From Sulfurospirillaceae bacterium (GTDB lineage Bacteria; Campylobacterota; Campylobacteria; Campylobacterales; Sulfurospirillaceae), in contig JAWVXD010000001.1 of NCBI GenBank assembly GCA_033723415.1, positions 384,001 through 448,000 of the forward strand: a stretch of DNA of 64,000 bases. Direction: 5' to 3'. A model generated the notes under the pieces. That model made no database searches. It saw only the letters and a program-made list of their open reading frames with translations, and was not told where the DNA came from. The position numbers were made by a program, and so were the translations under genes. Positions 1 through 10,540 of this stretch are shown here, one piece after another. Each line of letters opens with the position of its first letter. The stretch's first letter is position 1.

Positions 1-2
1 CA

Positions 3-365
3 CATACGAAAACTCCAATCGCAGTTTTTGCTATTAATAAAAAACGAGATGTCAAGAAACTTTATAATGATTTAAAAGAGTTTAAGGAATATATGAAACT
101 CTTAATATTTGTTGATTCTGAAGATAATGACATAGAAAATCCTTATATGCTTATCTGGAGAGTTGTAAATAATATAGATGCAAAAAGAGACATTTTCTTA
201 AATAAAGAGTTTATCGGGATAGATGCAACAAGTAAAAATATAAAAGATGGCTATAAAAGAGATTGGCCTAAAGATACTGATTGCGATGCAAAAGTATTAG
301 AATCCCTAATAGAACGGGGATTAATTAAAAACAACAAGGAGTTATTTAAAAACTATCATGTCTGA
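3..365 (+). CDS. UbiD-family decarboxylase (menaquinone/futalosine pathway MqnL-like), C-terminal part, 5'-truncated by the window edge
   Basis: Frame is open from position 3; C-terminal motif YMLIWRVVNNIDAKRD...IGIDAT.K...WP is typical of UbiD proteins. Confidence 0.75.
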   Translation, partial: HTKTPIAVFAINKKRDVKKLYNDLKEFKEYMKLLIFVDSEDNDIENPYMLIWRVVNNIDAKRDIFLNKEFIGIDATSKNIKDGYKRDWPKDTDCDAKVLESLIERGLIKNNKELFKNYHV

Positions 366-422
366 TTCATCGTCGAACATGCAGTGCCGTACAAGACAAA
401 TCTTAATTTTGAGGTTTGCAAT

Positions 423-1544
423 ATGACACTGCTACTTATATATTTCAGCTTAGCTGTTGGCGTTTCCTTTCTTTGTTCAATGTTGGAGACTATTCTTCTT
501 TCTCTAAGTTTATCACATATTAATGTAATAAAAAAAGTAAATTTACCTGTCGGTGAGACTCTTGAAAAATTAAAAAAAGAGATAAACAGGTCACTTGCTT
601 CGATTTTAGTACTAAATACTGCAGCAAATACTCTAGGTGCTGCGGGAGTAGGGGCACAAGCCTCAAAAATTTTCGGTGCAGAGTATATGTTTTATGTTTC
701 TGCAATATTGACACTCGTCATCTTATTTATTTCAGAAATAATACCAAAAACCATAGGTGCCCTTTACTATAAAGAATTGGCTCCAATTGCTGCTAGATTA
801 ATAAGTTTTTTTATCTTTATAACTTATCCGCTGGTAGTGGTCTCTTTATTTATAACAAAAAAAATATCAAAATCCAAAGTTGCACACTCTATCACAAGAG
901 AAGAACTTTTAGAAAGTACTTTGATCAGTGAACATGGAGGAGTAATAGATGAAAAAGAATCTGACTATATTGAAAATATTTTAAGGATTAACAAAAGTAA
1001 AGTTGAACAAATCTTGACGCCAAGAAGTGTCATGTTTGCATTAAATAAAGATTTGCTGATAAAAGAAGTGTTGCAAAAACCTGGTATCAAGAAATTTTCA
1101 AGAGTACCGGTATATGATAATACTATTGACAATATAGTAGGTGTCGTACTAAGTAAACAAATCTTTGAAGAAGCGATACATAATCAAAGTACAAAATTAG
1201 AAGATTTAATGCAACCAATATTCTCTATAAATGAACATATCCCTGTTTCTTATACTTTGGATTTATTTATCAAAAGAAAAGAGCATATGTTTTTAGTAAC
1301 CGACAGCTATGGACAAACAGAGGGTATCGTTACTTTAGAAGACTGCATAGAGACATTATTGGGTATTGAGATCATGGATGAACGAGATACTACTGAGGAC
1401 ATGCAAAAACTTGCAAAAGATAGGATGAGGCGAAAAAAAAATAAAAAGCTAAAAAGAAAATTGGAAAAGCAAAAGCAACTGTTACAACAATTTCAAGAAG
1501 GAAAAAAGATCGATGAAAGTCGAATAGATTCACATAATACGTAG
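423..1544 (+). CDS. CNNM/DUF21-CBS domain membrane protein (hemolysin/CorC-like)
   Basis: VSFLCSMLE...SEIIPKTIG DUF21 motifs; tandem CBS domains (FSRVPVY, GIVTLED); ATG at 423 preferred over GTG at 384. Confidence 0.88.
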   Translation: MTLLLIYFSLAVGVSFLCSMLETILLSLSLSHINVIKKVNLPVGETLEKLKKEINRSLASILVLNTAANTLGAAGVGAQASKIFGAEYMFYVSAILTLVILFISEIIPKTIGALYYKELAPIAARLISFFIFITYPLVVVSLFITKKISKSKVAHSITREELLESTLISEHGGVIDEKESDYIENILRINKSKVEQILTPRSVMFALNKDLLIKEVLQKPGIKKFSRVPVYDNTIDNIVGVVLSKQIFEEAIHNQSTKLEDLMQPIFSINEHIPVSYTLDLFIKRKEHMFLVTDSYGQTEGIVTLEDCIETLLGIEIMDERDTTEDMQKLAKDRMRRKKNKKLKRKLEKQKQLLQQFQEGKKIDESRIDSHNT

Positions 1545-1664
1545 ATTAATAATAAAAACTTTTTGGATTTCATTATTACAATCATACTACTAATTCATCA
1601 TAAAAATAACTATTTTTTATTTGATTTGTGATAGAATTGTACCTTTACAACAATTGCAAAAGAT

Positions 1665-2267
1665 ATGGAGATTAAAGTGGACAAAAAACAGAAGAAAATC
1701 GAACAAATATTAGAAGCTTCATTGGTTTTATTTTCAAAAAAAGGCTTTTATTCTACAACCATACCAGATATTGCCGAAGCTATGAATATGAGCGTAGGGA
1801 ATCTTTATAATTATTTTTCTTCTAAAGAAGAATTAGCCAAAAGTGTTATTAGATATTCATCAGATATTTTAGGTGCAAAGATTAAAGAGATAAATGAATT
1901 AAAGATCAATTCAAAAGAAAAAATCAAAAAGATAGTTGAATTATATTTTAATATGGCCATTACTCAACCACAACATATTGATTTCTTTTTAAGAGTTTAT
2001 TTAGCCAATAAAGAAATCTTTAAAAATGGGTGTGAAGGTATGATCTGTGTGTCTGCATTTGTTACAGAACTTATGATATTTTTTGAAGAAGGTGTCAGGA
2101 ACAAAGAGCTCAGAAATCAAAATTTCTTTTCTGCCTTTGGCCTATTTATGGGATACTTAGGAGGTTTTGTATTTTTAAACGGTGAAGGAATTTTGGATGA
2201 CAAATTAGAGAATTATACTGAAGAAATATCCGAAAATATCTACAATGCTCTAAAAATACAAACATAG
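1665..2267 (+). CDS. TetR/AcrR-family transcriptional regulator of the hydrogenase cluster
   Basis: N-terminal HTH LFSKKGFYSTTIPDIAEAMNMSVGNLYNYFSSKEEL; lies directly upstream of hydrogenase genes. Confidence 0.92.
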   Translation: MEIKVDKKQKKIEQILEASLVLFSKKGFYSTTIPDIAEAMNMSVGNLYNYFSSKEELAKSVIRYSSDILGAKIKEINELKINSKEKIKKIVELYFNMAITQPQHIDFFLRVYLANKEIFKNGCEGMICVSAFVTELMIFFEEGVRNKELRNQNFFSAFGLFMGYLGGFVFLNGEGILDDKLENYTEEISENIYNALKIQT

Positions 2268-2270
2268 ATA

Positions 2271-3167
2271 ATGTCTACCTTTCATAATAAACAAACAATT
2301 GTGTGGATCCATGGAATTACTTGCAACGGTGATTCACACTCTTTTTTTAATTATGAAAATATGAAAAATTTTTCAAAAAATTTTGAAATCATATATCATC
2401 CTCTTCTAACAACTCAATATGATCTAAAATCTATACTAAATAGTACTAAAAATTTTGATTACCTTATTTTTGAAGGTTCTTTCTCTAAAAATAGAGATTT
2501 GATCGAAAGAGTAGGTTTCTCTTTAAATGAAATTTTCAATACTCTTAGCAGTAGAGTAAAACATATCATTTGTGCAGGGACTTGTGCAAGTTTTGGCGGA
2601 ATATTTAGTTTAAGAGATCCTGTTAACATAACTGGTGCGATCTTTTCAGGAGAGAGAAAAGGTGGTTTTTGGAATCAAAATAAAAAGATCATAAATATAC
2701 CTGGTTGTCCATTACACCCAAGATGGCTTGTAGATACGCTCTTTATGCTAAAAGACGGTAAAAGAGTAGCTTTGGACGAATTATCAAGACCAAAAGAAGT
2801 ATTTTCATATTTTGTTCATCATGGATGTCTTAGAAATGAATATTTTGAATGGAAGATAGATGCTAAACAATTTGGAGAAAAAGAAGGATGTTTATTTTAT
2901 GAACATGGCTGTAAAGGGCCGATGACACATGCCAACTGTAATAAGATCTTGTGGAATGAGGTCAGTTCTAAAACAAGAGCAGGATCACCTTGTCTTGGCT
3001 GTACTGAACCAACTTTTCCGACAGAAAATATATATGAAACAAAAAAACATATGTCTTTACCAATGACACCTACAGGAGTAAGTAAAAGAGCATATTTTAC
3101 TATGACTGGTATTGCAAAAAGTTTTAGAATAGATAGGCTAGAAAAAAGATTAATCGATGATAACTAA
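2271..3167 (+). CDS. hupS: Cytoplasmic [NiFe]-hydrogenase small subunit (group 2-type, no Tat signal)
   Basis: CNGDSHS, GTCASFGG, PGCP, GCKGP and CLGC FeS motifs; no twin-arginine leader. Confidence 0.85.
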   Translation: MSTFHNKQTIVWIHGITCNGDSHSFFNYENMKNFSKNFEIIYHPLLTTQYDLKSILNSTKNFDYLIFEGSFSKNRDLIERVGFSLNEIFNTLSSRVKHIICAGTCASFGGIFSLRDPVNITGAIFSGERKGGFWNQNKKIINIPGCPLHPRWLVDTLFMLKDGKRVALDELSRPKEVFSYFVHHGCLRNEYFEWKIDAKQFGEKEGCLFYEHGCKGPMTHANCNKILWNEVSSKTRAGSPCLGCTEPTFPTENIYETKKHMSLPMTPTGVSKRAYFTMTGIAKSFRIDRLEKRLIDDN

Positions 3168-4500
3168 AGAAATTATAGAAAGAATAGAAGGTGAAGCGCT
3201 ATTGGAGCTTGAATGGCAAAAAAATGAAATTTCATATGCAAAAATTAAATTTTTAAACTACAGAGCCATTGAAGAAATTTTAAAAAAAAGACATCTTTTA
3301 GATGCACTCATGATCACACCTAGAGTTTGCGGAATTTGTTCACACTCACATGCAAATGCAAGTATTTTAGCCATAGAAAATTGCTATAAGCACATAGGAA
3401 TCGACATAAAACTCACACAAAAAGCCAAATATCTTAGAGAATTAATCTTAAATGCTGAAAAAATTCAAAATCATATAAAATGGTTTTATTTTTTAATACT
3501 ACCTGAACTCTTTAAGATGAATAACGAAAAGTTTACACAGACTGAGCCTTTTAGAGATAAAGAATGGTTTGAAGCACAACAAACAATCAGTAATATTTTA
3601 AAAATGGGCGCAATTTTTTCGGGACAATGGCCGCATGGTTCATATCTTATGACCGGAGGTGTAACCTGCGATCCAACAAATAGCGACATAATCAATGCAA
3701 AGAATTACCTAATAAAAACCAAAGAATTTTGTGAAGAAAACTTATATGGATGCAAAATAGAAGATTTGTTTGAGATAGATTCAATGCAAGATATTATAAG
3801 TATTAAATCTACATTAGGAAGTGCTATTTGCTTTATGAAGGAGAAATGTTTTCATGAAGTAGGTAAAAGTTATGATAGATTTTTGGCACTTGGTGGTTAT
3901 AGCAATAACGAAGTAGGTCTAAAAGTGACTAAGACAAGAGTTATAAGAGCTCATAAAAAATTTGTCGAAGAAAATTTGGACAATAGCTTCTTTCAAAATA
4001 AAAATACCGGATACACATACTCAAAAAGTGCAGTATACAAAAAGATGTTTTATGAAGTAGGGCCGTTAGCAAGATTGATGGCATCAAAAGATATACTGAT
4101 CAGAGATTGTCATAGAAGATGTGCTGATTCAACTGTAACAAGAATTGTTGCTAGAGTTAAAGAAATAGCGATACTCATAAAAAGATCTGAAGAGATATTG
4201 AACAATATAGATATAAGAGAAAAATCCGTACAACTTCCCAATAAACTGCCAAAAAACATAACTTCTAGCGGAATAGGGGTTATTGAAGCTGCAAGAGGCT
4301 CTCTAATTCATAAGGTTGAAGTCAAAAATGGTTTAATAAATAGTTATGATATTATTCCTCCTACCGTTTGGAATCTTGGAAACGGCAGTATCGGCAATCC
4401 TTCTATTGCACAAAAGGCTATAATAGGGCTAGACAGCGTTGAAAAAGCCGATTTTGTCTTTAAAAGTTTTGATGTTTGTTCTGTCTGTACAACTCAATAA
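3157..4500 (+). CDS. hupL: Cytoplasmic [NiFe]-hydrogenase large subunit (group 2d-like)
   Basis: L1 RVCGIC and L2 DVCSVC motifs; no C-terminal extension. Confidence 0.85.
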   Translation: MITKEIIERIEGEALLELEWQKNEISYAKIKFLNYRAIEEILKKRHLLDALMITPRVCGICSHSHANASILAIENCYKHIGIDIKLTQKAKYLRELILNAEKIQNHIKWFYFLILPELFKMNNEKFTQTEPFRDKEWFEAQQTISNILKMGAIFSGQWPHGSYLMTGGVTCDPTNSDIINAKNYLIKTKEFCEENLYGCKIEDLFEIDSMQDIISIKSTLGSAICFMKEKCFHEVGKSYDRFLALGGYSNNEVGLKVTKTRVIRAHKKFVEENLDNSFFQNKNTGYTYSKSAVYKKMFYEVGPLARLMASKDILIRDCHRRCADSTVTRIVARVKEIAILIKRSEEILNNIDIREKSVQLPNKLPKNITSSGIGVIEAARGSLIHKVEVKNGLINSYDIIPPTVWNLGNGSIGNPSIAQKAIIGLDSVEKADFVFKSFDVCSVCTTQ

Positions 4501-4576
4501 AACACTTCTGTTTAATAAAACTTTAATTTAATACTAATTTTATCCCATTATTTTGTTACCATACTACACAATTAAT

Positions 4577-4659
4577 TGAATATTTATTCACTAAATGAGT
4601 ATTCATTTGTTTTTTTGTCATAATTATGATTTAATTGCTTCATAAATAAATATTCATTT
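4577..4659. promoter_or_regulatory. Repeated palindromic operator-like motifs upstream of hydA
   Basis: tgaata-tt-tattca (4577-4590), aaatga-gtat-tcattt (4593-4608) and a degenerate taaata-aa-tattca near 4643-4656. Confidence 0.5.
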
Positions 4660-4691
4660 ATAAAATGATGTATATAAAAAGGAGCGGTTTT

Positions 4692-5849
4692 ATGGAGCAA
4701 GATGAATTGTACCAGAATCTAAGGGCGAGACTAGGTAAACTTACACATTTCCCAAAATTGATTGATAACGGTAAGTCAATATCAACTTTATTGGAAGATA
4801 ATGGCATCTCCAGAAGAGATTTTATGAAGTGGGCTGCTGGTATGACGGCAATGTTGTCTTTGCCTGCAGCATTTACACCACTCGTTGCAAAAGCTGCTGA
4901 GCTGACTGACAGATTACCTGTAATATGGTTGCATATGGCAGAATGTACAGGATGCAGCGAGAGCTTACTTAGAAGTGATGCGCCTACTGTTGATAGTCTA
5001 ATTTTTGACTATATTTCACTAGAGTATCATGAAACACTTATGGTTGCTTGTGGATGGCAGGCTGAAGAAAACTTAGAAAATGCTATAAAAAAATATCATG
5101 GAAAATATATCCTTATGGTAGAGGGTGGAATTCCTGCCGGAAAAAGTAGTTTTTATCTTACAGTGGGTCCACAAGGACAAACAGGAGAATCTCACGCAAT
5201 AGAAGCAGCAAATGGGGCAGCAGCTATATTTGCAATAGGAAGCTGCTCAAGTTTTGGTGGTGTTCAAGCTGCATATCCAAATCCAACAAATGCACAACCT
5301 CTACACAAAATCACGGATAAACCTGTTATAAACGTTCCAGGTTGTCCACCTAGCGAAAAAAATATAGTAGGACAGGTTCTACATTATCTTCTTTTCGGAA
5401 CTCTTCCTGCATTAGATGCATACAATAGACCAAAATGGGCATACGGTCTAAGAATTCATGATCTATGTGAGAGAAGAGGTCACTTTGATGCAGGTGAGTT
5501 TGTTCAAGAATTTGGTGATGAAGGAGCAAAAAAAGGATATTGCCTCTACAAAGTTGGTTGTAAAGGTCCGTATACTTTTAATAATTGTTCTAGAGAAAGA
5601 TTCAATCAACATACTTCTTGGCCTGTTCAAGCAGGACATGGTTGTATAGGATGTTCTGAGCCTGATTTTTGGGATAAAATGGGGCCATTTGAATCTCCTC
5701 TTGCAGACAAACTTTATCATAGCGTTTTTGGCGGACTTGGTGCAGATGCAACAGCTGACAAAGTAGGTATCACTGTTCTTTCAGCTGCTGCCATCGGTAT
5801 TGCAGCACATGCAGCGATTTCTTTAATAAAAAATCCGAAGGAGAAATAG
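4692..5849 (+). CDS. hydA: Membrane-bound uptake [NiFe]-hydrogenase small subunit (group 1b)
   Basis: Tat motif SRRDFMK; ECTGCSES; C-terminal TM anchor; AGGAG SD before ATG at 4692. Confidence 0.95.
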   Translation: MEQDELYQNLRARLGKLTHFPKLIDNGKSISTLLEDNGISRRDFMKWAAGMTAMLSLPAAFTPLVAKAAELTDRLPVIWLHMAECTGCSESLLRSDAPTVDSLIFDYISLEYHETLMVACGWQAEENLENAIKKYHGKYILMVEGGIPAGKSSFYLTVGPQGQTGESHAIEAANGAAAIFAIGSCSSFGGVQAAYPNPTNAQPLHKITDKPVINVPGCPPSEKNIVGQVLHYLLFGTLPALDAYNRPKWAYGLRIHDLCERRGHFDAGEFVQEFGDEGAKKGYCLYKVGCKGPYTFNNCSRERFNQHTSWPVQAGHGCIGCSEPDFWDKMGPFESPLADKLYHSVFGGLGADATADKVGITVLSAAAIGIAAHAAISLIKNPKEK

Positions 5850-5850
5850 A

Positions 5851-7572
5851 ATGTCAAAAAGAATAGTTGTTGATCCTATAACTAGAATAGAGGGACATTT
5901 GAGAATAGAGGTAATGGTTGATGATAATAATGTTGTGACAGAAGCATACTCTTCATCTACGCTATGGAGAGGCATTGAAACAATTTTAAAAGGAAGAGAT
6001 CCAAGGGATGCAGGATTTTTCACACAAAGGATTTGTGGCGTTTGTACATATTCACATTATAAAGCAGGAATAGAGGCAGTAGAAGATGCTCTTGGTATAG
6101 AACCTCCTTTAAATGCAAAGCTGGTAAGAGATCTAATGAACGCAGCACTGTTTTTACATGATCATCCGGTACATTTTTATCATCTTCATGGTTTAGATTG
6201 GGTTGATGTAGTGTCGGCACTTAGTGCAAATCCTCACAAGGCAGCAGAGGAAGCATTTAAATATACGCCAAATCCTATTGCTTGTGGAGCTGACAGTTTG
6301 GTTGCAGCACAGAAAAAAGTTGCAGAATTTGTCAAAAAAGGTCATCTTGGACCATTTGCAAATGCTTATTGGGGAAATAAAACTTATAAATTAACTCCTG
6401 AACAAAATCTTATAGCACTTTCGCATTATCTAAAAGCTTTGGAAATGCAAAGAACTGCAGCACAAATGATGGCTATCTTTGGCGCAAAACAACCTCATCC
6501 TCAAAGCTTGAGTGTTGGCGGTGTTACTTGTATTATGGATTTAAAAGATCCTGCAAGACTTGGTGAATATCTGACAAAATTTCAAGAAATGGCAGATTTT
6601 GTAAATAGAGCTTATTATCCGGATATTGTTATGGCAGGAATTGCTTATGCAGGCGAGCCAAGTGTAAATGCAGGACTTGGAACTGCAAACCTAATAGCAG
6701 GTAAATCTTTCTTACTTGCAAAAGACAAGTACCTTTTTGAAGACGGTGTCATTTTAAACGGCGATATTTCAAAAGTATTTCCTATAGATGAAAGTAAAAT
6801 CACAGAAGAAGCAACTCACTCTTGGTACTCGGACAATGAAGCATTGCATCCATATAACGGAAAAACCAATCCAAATTATACCGGATTTAAAGATGCCAAG
6901 ACTGTAAATGGCAAAGGAGAAATGGAAACAACAAAAGTTCTAAAAGAAGAGGGCAAATATTCTTGGGTAAAATCTCCAAGATATGATGGAAATCCTATGC
7001 AAACAGGACCATTGGCAAATATAGTAGTAAACTATGCCAAAGGAAATCCAAAAGTTGTAAAAGTTGTCGATCAATTTTTAAAAGATACCGGACTACCTAT
7101 AACTGCTGTATTCTCAACACTTGGTAGAACTGCTGCACGTATGCTGGAAACTAAAATCATAGCTGATAATGCACTAGAGACTTTTAATTCTCTGATACAG
7201 AATTTTAAAGTAGATGAATCTACTTACACGACTTATAGCATAGACAAGAATAAAGAGTATAAAGGCAGGTATATAGGTGAAGTGCCTAGAGGTATGCTAA
7301 GTCATTGGGTAAGAATCAAAAACGGCGTCATAGAAAACTATCAAGCAGTTGTTCCAACCACTTGGAATGCTAGTCCAAAAGATGCAAAAAAAGTAAGAGG
7401 TCCATATGAGGAATCTCTGATTGGATTAAAAATATCTGATTTATCACAGCCTCTTGAGATAGTTAGAGTAATTCATTCTTTTGATCCTTGTCTCGCTTGC
7501 GCCGTACATGTCATGGACACGAAGGGTAATGAGTTAAGTGAGTACAAAGTTGATTTAAATTGCTTTTGCTAG
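5851..7572 (+). CDS. hydB: Uptake [NiFe]-hydrogenase large subunit
   Basis: DPITRIEGHL, RICGVC and DPCLACAVH with a cleavable C-terminal extension. Confidence 0.96.
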   Translation: MSKRIVVDPITRIEGHLRIEVMVDDNNVVTEAYSSSTLWRGIETILKGRDPRDAGFFTQRICGVCTYSHYKAGIEAVEDALGIEPPLNAKLVRDLMNAALFLHDHPVHFYHLHGLDWVDVVSALSANPHKAAEEAFKYTPNPIACGADSLVAAQKKVAEFVKKGHLGPFANAYWGNKTYKLTPEQNLIALSHYLKALEMQRTAAQMMAIFGAKQPHPQSLSVGGVTCIMDLKDPARLGEYLTKFQEMADFVNRAYYPDIVMAGIAYAGEPSVNAGLGTANLIAGKSFLLAKDKYLFEDGVILNGDISKVFPIDESKITEEATHSWYSDNEALHPYNGKTNPNYTGFKDAKTVNGKGEMETTKVLKEEGKYSWVKSPRYDGNPMQTGPLANIVVNYAKGNPKVVKVVDQFLKDTGLPITAVFSTLGRTAARMLETKIIADNALETFNSLIQNFKVDESTYTTYSIDKNKEYKGRYIGEVPRGMLSHWVRIKNGVIENYQAVVPTTWNASPKDAKKVRGPYEESLIGLKISDLSQPLEIVRVIHSFDPCLACAVHVMDTKGNELSEYKVDLNCFC

Positions 7573-7591
7573 CATATAAAGGGAGATTATC

Positions 7592-8266
7592 ATGTTAAAT
7601 AATAGAAAGAAAAAGTTTGAATTCTCATCCGGTCTTAGATGGACGCATTGGATTAGAGTTGTTACGATCATTGCTTTAACTGTTACAGGATTTTATATAG
7701 CTTTCGTATTTATATCACCTGAGCCATCTAGTTCGCCTACCGTCTTTTTAAATGCAAAATTTAGAATGTGGCATGAAGTAGCCGGTTTTGTACTGATTGC
7801 TGTGACTCTTTATAAAGCTTACCTGTTTATATTTACAAGATTGAGTAGAAATGAGAGAGTATCTATGTATGATATTTTAAGTCCTAAAATTTGGATACAG
7901 CAGATAAAATACTACCTTTTTATAGGTAAACATCCTAAACTCAAAGGTGTGTATAATCCATTGCAGTTTGCTGCATATGTATTTTTATATGCCCTTATCT
8001 TTTTGATTTCTATAACAGGACTTGTATTATATGTGAGAGGGTACCATCAAGGCTTAGGTGGATTTTTATTGCCTTATATGGAACCTGTAGAAGCATTTAT
8101 GGGAGGTTTAGCATCCGTTAGAGAAATTCATCATATAGCAATGTGGGGTATTTTGATCTTTATTCCTATACACATATATATGGCTGTTTTCAACTCTATC
8201 ATGAGCACAGAAGGTTCTATAGATGCTATAGTCAGTGGATATAAATTTACAAAACACCAAGATTAG
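7592..8266 (+). CDS. hydC: Hydrogenase cytochrome b subunit
   Basis: Heme-ligand histidines in TM helices; YNPLQ motif; operon position. Confidence 0.94.
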   Translation: MLNNRKKKFEFSSGLRWTHWIRVVTIIALTVTGFYIAFVFISPEPSSSPTVFLNAKFRMWHEVAGFVLIAVTLYKAYLFIFTRLSRNERVSMYDILSPKIWIQQIKYYLFIGKHPKLKGVYNPLQFAAYVFLYALIFLISITGLVLYVRGYHQGLGGFLLPYMEPVEAFMGGLASVREIHHIAMWGILIFIPIHIYMAVFNSIMSTEGSIDAIVSGYKFTKHQD

Positions 8267-8274
8267 GAAAAGAC

Positions 8275-8817
8275 GTGAAAGTCTTAGTACTTGGTATAGG
8301 CAATGTGATGTTCTCCGATGAAGGCGTCGGGGTTCATCTCTGCCGCCTTATGGAAGAAAAGTATCAGTTTTATTCTGATTCACACACAATTGATTTTGTA
8401 GACGGTGGTACGCTCGCTGAGAGATTGATACCTATAATCGCTGAATATGATCATGTGATTATATTCGATTGTGTTGATGCTAATAAAGCTGATATAGGAG
8501 ATGTTTATTTTTTTGACTTTGAGAATATACCGGATAGCATAACATTTCAAGGTAGTGTTCACGAAGTCGAAATGCTTCAGACACTCAGTATGATGGATAT
8601 GCTTGGTGATAGACCTACTACAAAGATTATCGGCATCATCCCAAAGGTGATAGAAGAAACTACTTTGAAATTAACTGACAAAGTTATTGCAGGTAGCTAT
8701 TATATGGAAAAAATATTTTTAAAACATATACAAAAGGATCTTGGATTTTCATGTGCTTTAAAAAATGACATAGATATACAAAGTGTGGCATATAGAGCTT
8801 GTACACAATTTGAATAA
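8275..8817 (+). CDS. hydD: Hydrogenase maturation protease
   Basis: VLGIGNVMFSDEGVG and VDGGT motifs. Confidence 0.94.
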   Translation: MKVLVLGIGNVMFSDEGVGVHLCRLMEEKYQFYSDSHTIDFVDGGTLAERLIPIIAEYDHVIIFDCVDANKADIGDVYFFDFENIPDSITFQGSVHEVEMLQTLSMMDMLGDRPTTKIIGIIPKVIEETTLKLTDKVIAGSYYMEKIFLKHIQKDLGFSCALKNDIDIQSVAYRACTQFE

Positions 8818-8841
8818 TAAAGGTAGAGAAAGGTAAAGGAA

Positions 8842-10530
8842 ATGACATTAGCTTATCAATTTGAATATATATCGATAAACATGGTATTAGAAAATTTTTT
8901 AAAAGTTATTTGTGATGACTTTAAAATCAAATATTCTATTAATAAACTAGATACTGTCGCTACATTGTTTGTAAGTGATACAGAAGAAAGACTACATAAG
9001 TTTGCTGATTATATCGCATACTATTTGCCATTGTCTATATTCTTAAAATCAACCAATGCAGAGGTTGTTGGAGATATATATGAAAAAAGCATTAGCCCAA
9101 AAGAGTGTACCATTGCTTTACCTTTCACAAAAAGAGCTATCACTTTAGCACAAGATCCTAGTTCTGTCTTTTTCAATAACCCTTTTACTCCAAATGAAGT
9201 AGGCAAAAACTGTGAGAATTGTGATGCCTCTCTTATTTTCAGTAAAGAAAACAATATATTAATAGCAAATAATTCACTTTCATATCAGCAAGTATATGAC
9301 GAAGTCGCAGATTTAATTGCCAGAAATAAATCTGTGACTATAAAAACTCCAACCGGAAATTTTGAATTTTCTAAAGTTTCAAAAAAACAATTGCGAAATA
9401 AAAATAATTTTGAAATAATACCTACTGATTTGTCAAACGTACAAAAAATGGTAATTTTAGATGAAAATGAGATCAGAAATCTAGCTTCAATAGAAAAACC
9501 CATAATAAGAGCTAAAATCAATTCTATATATGCCTCAACAAATATTTTATCACAAAAAACTGTCAAAATAAGGATGCCAAATACTCTACTGTTACAATTT
9601 ATCTGTGATAAATTATATAAAATCGGCGTAGATTTTATAGTAAAAACAAAAATAGATATAGAAGAACAATACTTTATAGACTATGATGCAAGAACACCTA
9701 AGATAGATGATATAGAGATTTGTGTTTTAGAGAACAATGAAGTTCTTATCTTAAAAGGTCATGATGATCTTCCTTCAGAACTGGTTAATGGACTAGAGAG
9801 TATAGAAGTCCCGGCTATAAAGCAATATGCTTCAATATTAAAAGAAAGAGATCTTTTTAACTACAAAAGCAGTTGTTTTTATTTTAGTAAAATTCATGAT
9901 GATGCAATAATGTTTTTTAATGAAAAAGAAGAAATTCTAGAATTTGTAAAATTTCATACTTTTACTTCTATAGAAGAGATTTTCAAAAAGATAGAAGAAG
10001 AGGGCAAAAGCGGACAAACTCTTGTAAAAAACTATAAAAATACATATCCTGATATATATGAAGCTGCACAAGATACTGAAATTCCGGAAACTTTAGCCCA
10101 AAATTTATTTAGTTTATTTGCCTTTGCATCCATTATTTTAGGATTTAGCTACGATTTTGAAGAAGCTGCAGAAATATTGATTGAGAATGCCGAAGCTTAT
10201 GGCGGTCAAAAAGGCCCTAGGATTGAATTTTCTCTAAGAGAAAACAACAAAATAAAGTCCGATTTTGATGCTATAAAAATGATAAGAAGTGCTATGAGCT
10301 TCAAGTTGGCAGGAACCGAAGATCTAACTCTCAGCTTTGGCTTTTTAGATAGTTTTTCATACTTTCTATCTGATATTGCAGATACACACAAAGCAACATT
10401 GCAAAGCTCAAAAATAACTTTAGGAGGCTCATTATTTGGCTATAAAAGACTTACTGAGATGACATGTAAAAATCTACTCTCAAGTCATAAAATTTACTTT
10501 AATAGAGAATTACCTATAGATGATCTTTGA
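8842..10530 (+). CDS. hydE: Campylobacterota hydrogenase accessory protein HydE (HypF-related)
   Basis: Follows hydD; LPLSIF, GQKGPRI and SFKLAG motifs. Confidence 0.8.
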   Translation: MTLAYQFEYISINMVLENFLKVICDDFKIKYSINKLDTVATLFVSDTEERLHKFADYIAYYLPLSIFLKSTNAEVVGDIYEKSISPKECTIALPFTKRAITLAQDPSSVFFNNPFTPNEVGKNCENCDASLIFSKENNILIANNSLSYQQVYDEVADLIARNKSVTIKTPTGNFEFSKVSKKQLRNKNNFEIIPTDLSNVQKMVILDENEIRNLASIEKPIIRAKINSIYASTNILSQKTVKIRMPNTLLLQFICDKLYKIGVDFIVKTKIDIEEQYFIDYDARTPKIDDIEICVLENNEVLILKGHDDLPSELVNGLESIEVPAIKQYASILKERDLFNYKSSCFYFSKIHDDAIMFFNEKEEILEFVKFHTFTSIEEIFKKIEEEGKSGQTLVKNYKNTYPDIYEAAQDTEIPETLAQNLFSLFAFASIILGFSYDFEEAAEILIENAEAYGGQKGPRIEFSLRENNKIKSDFDAIKMIRSAMSFKLAGTEDLTLSFGFLDSFSYFLSDIADTHKATLQSSKITLGGSLFGYKRLTEMTCKNLLSSHKIYFNRELPIDDL

Positions 10531-10540
10531 GACAAATAAT

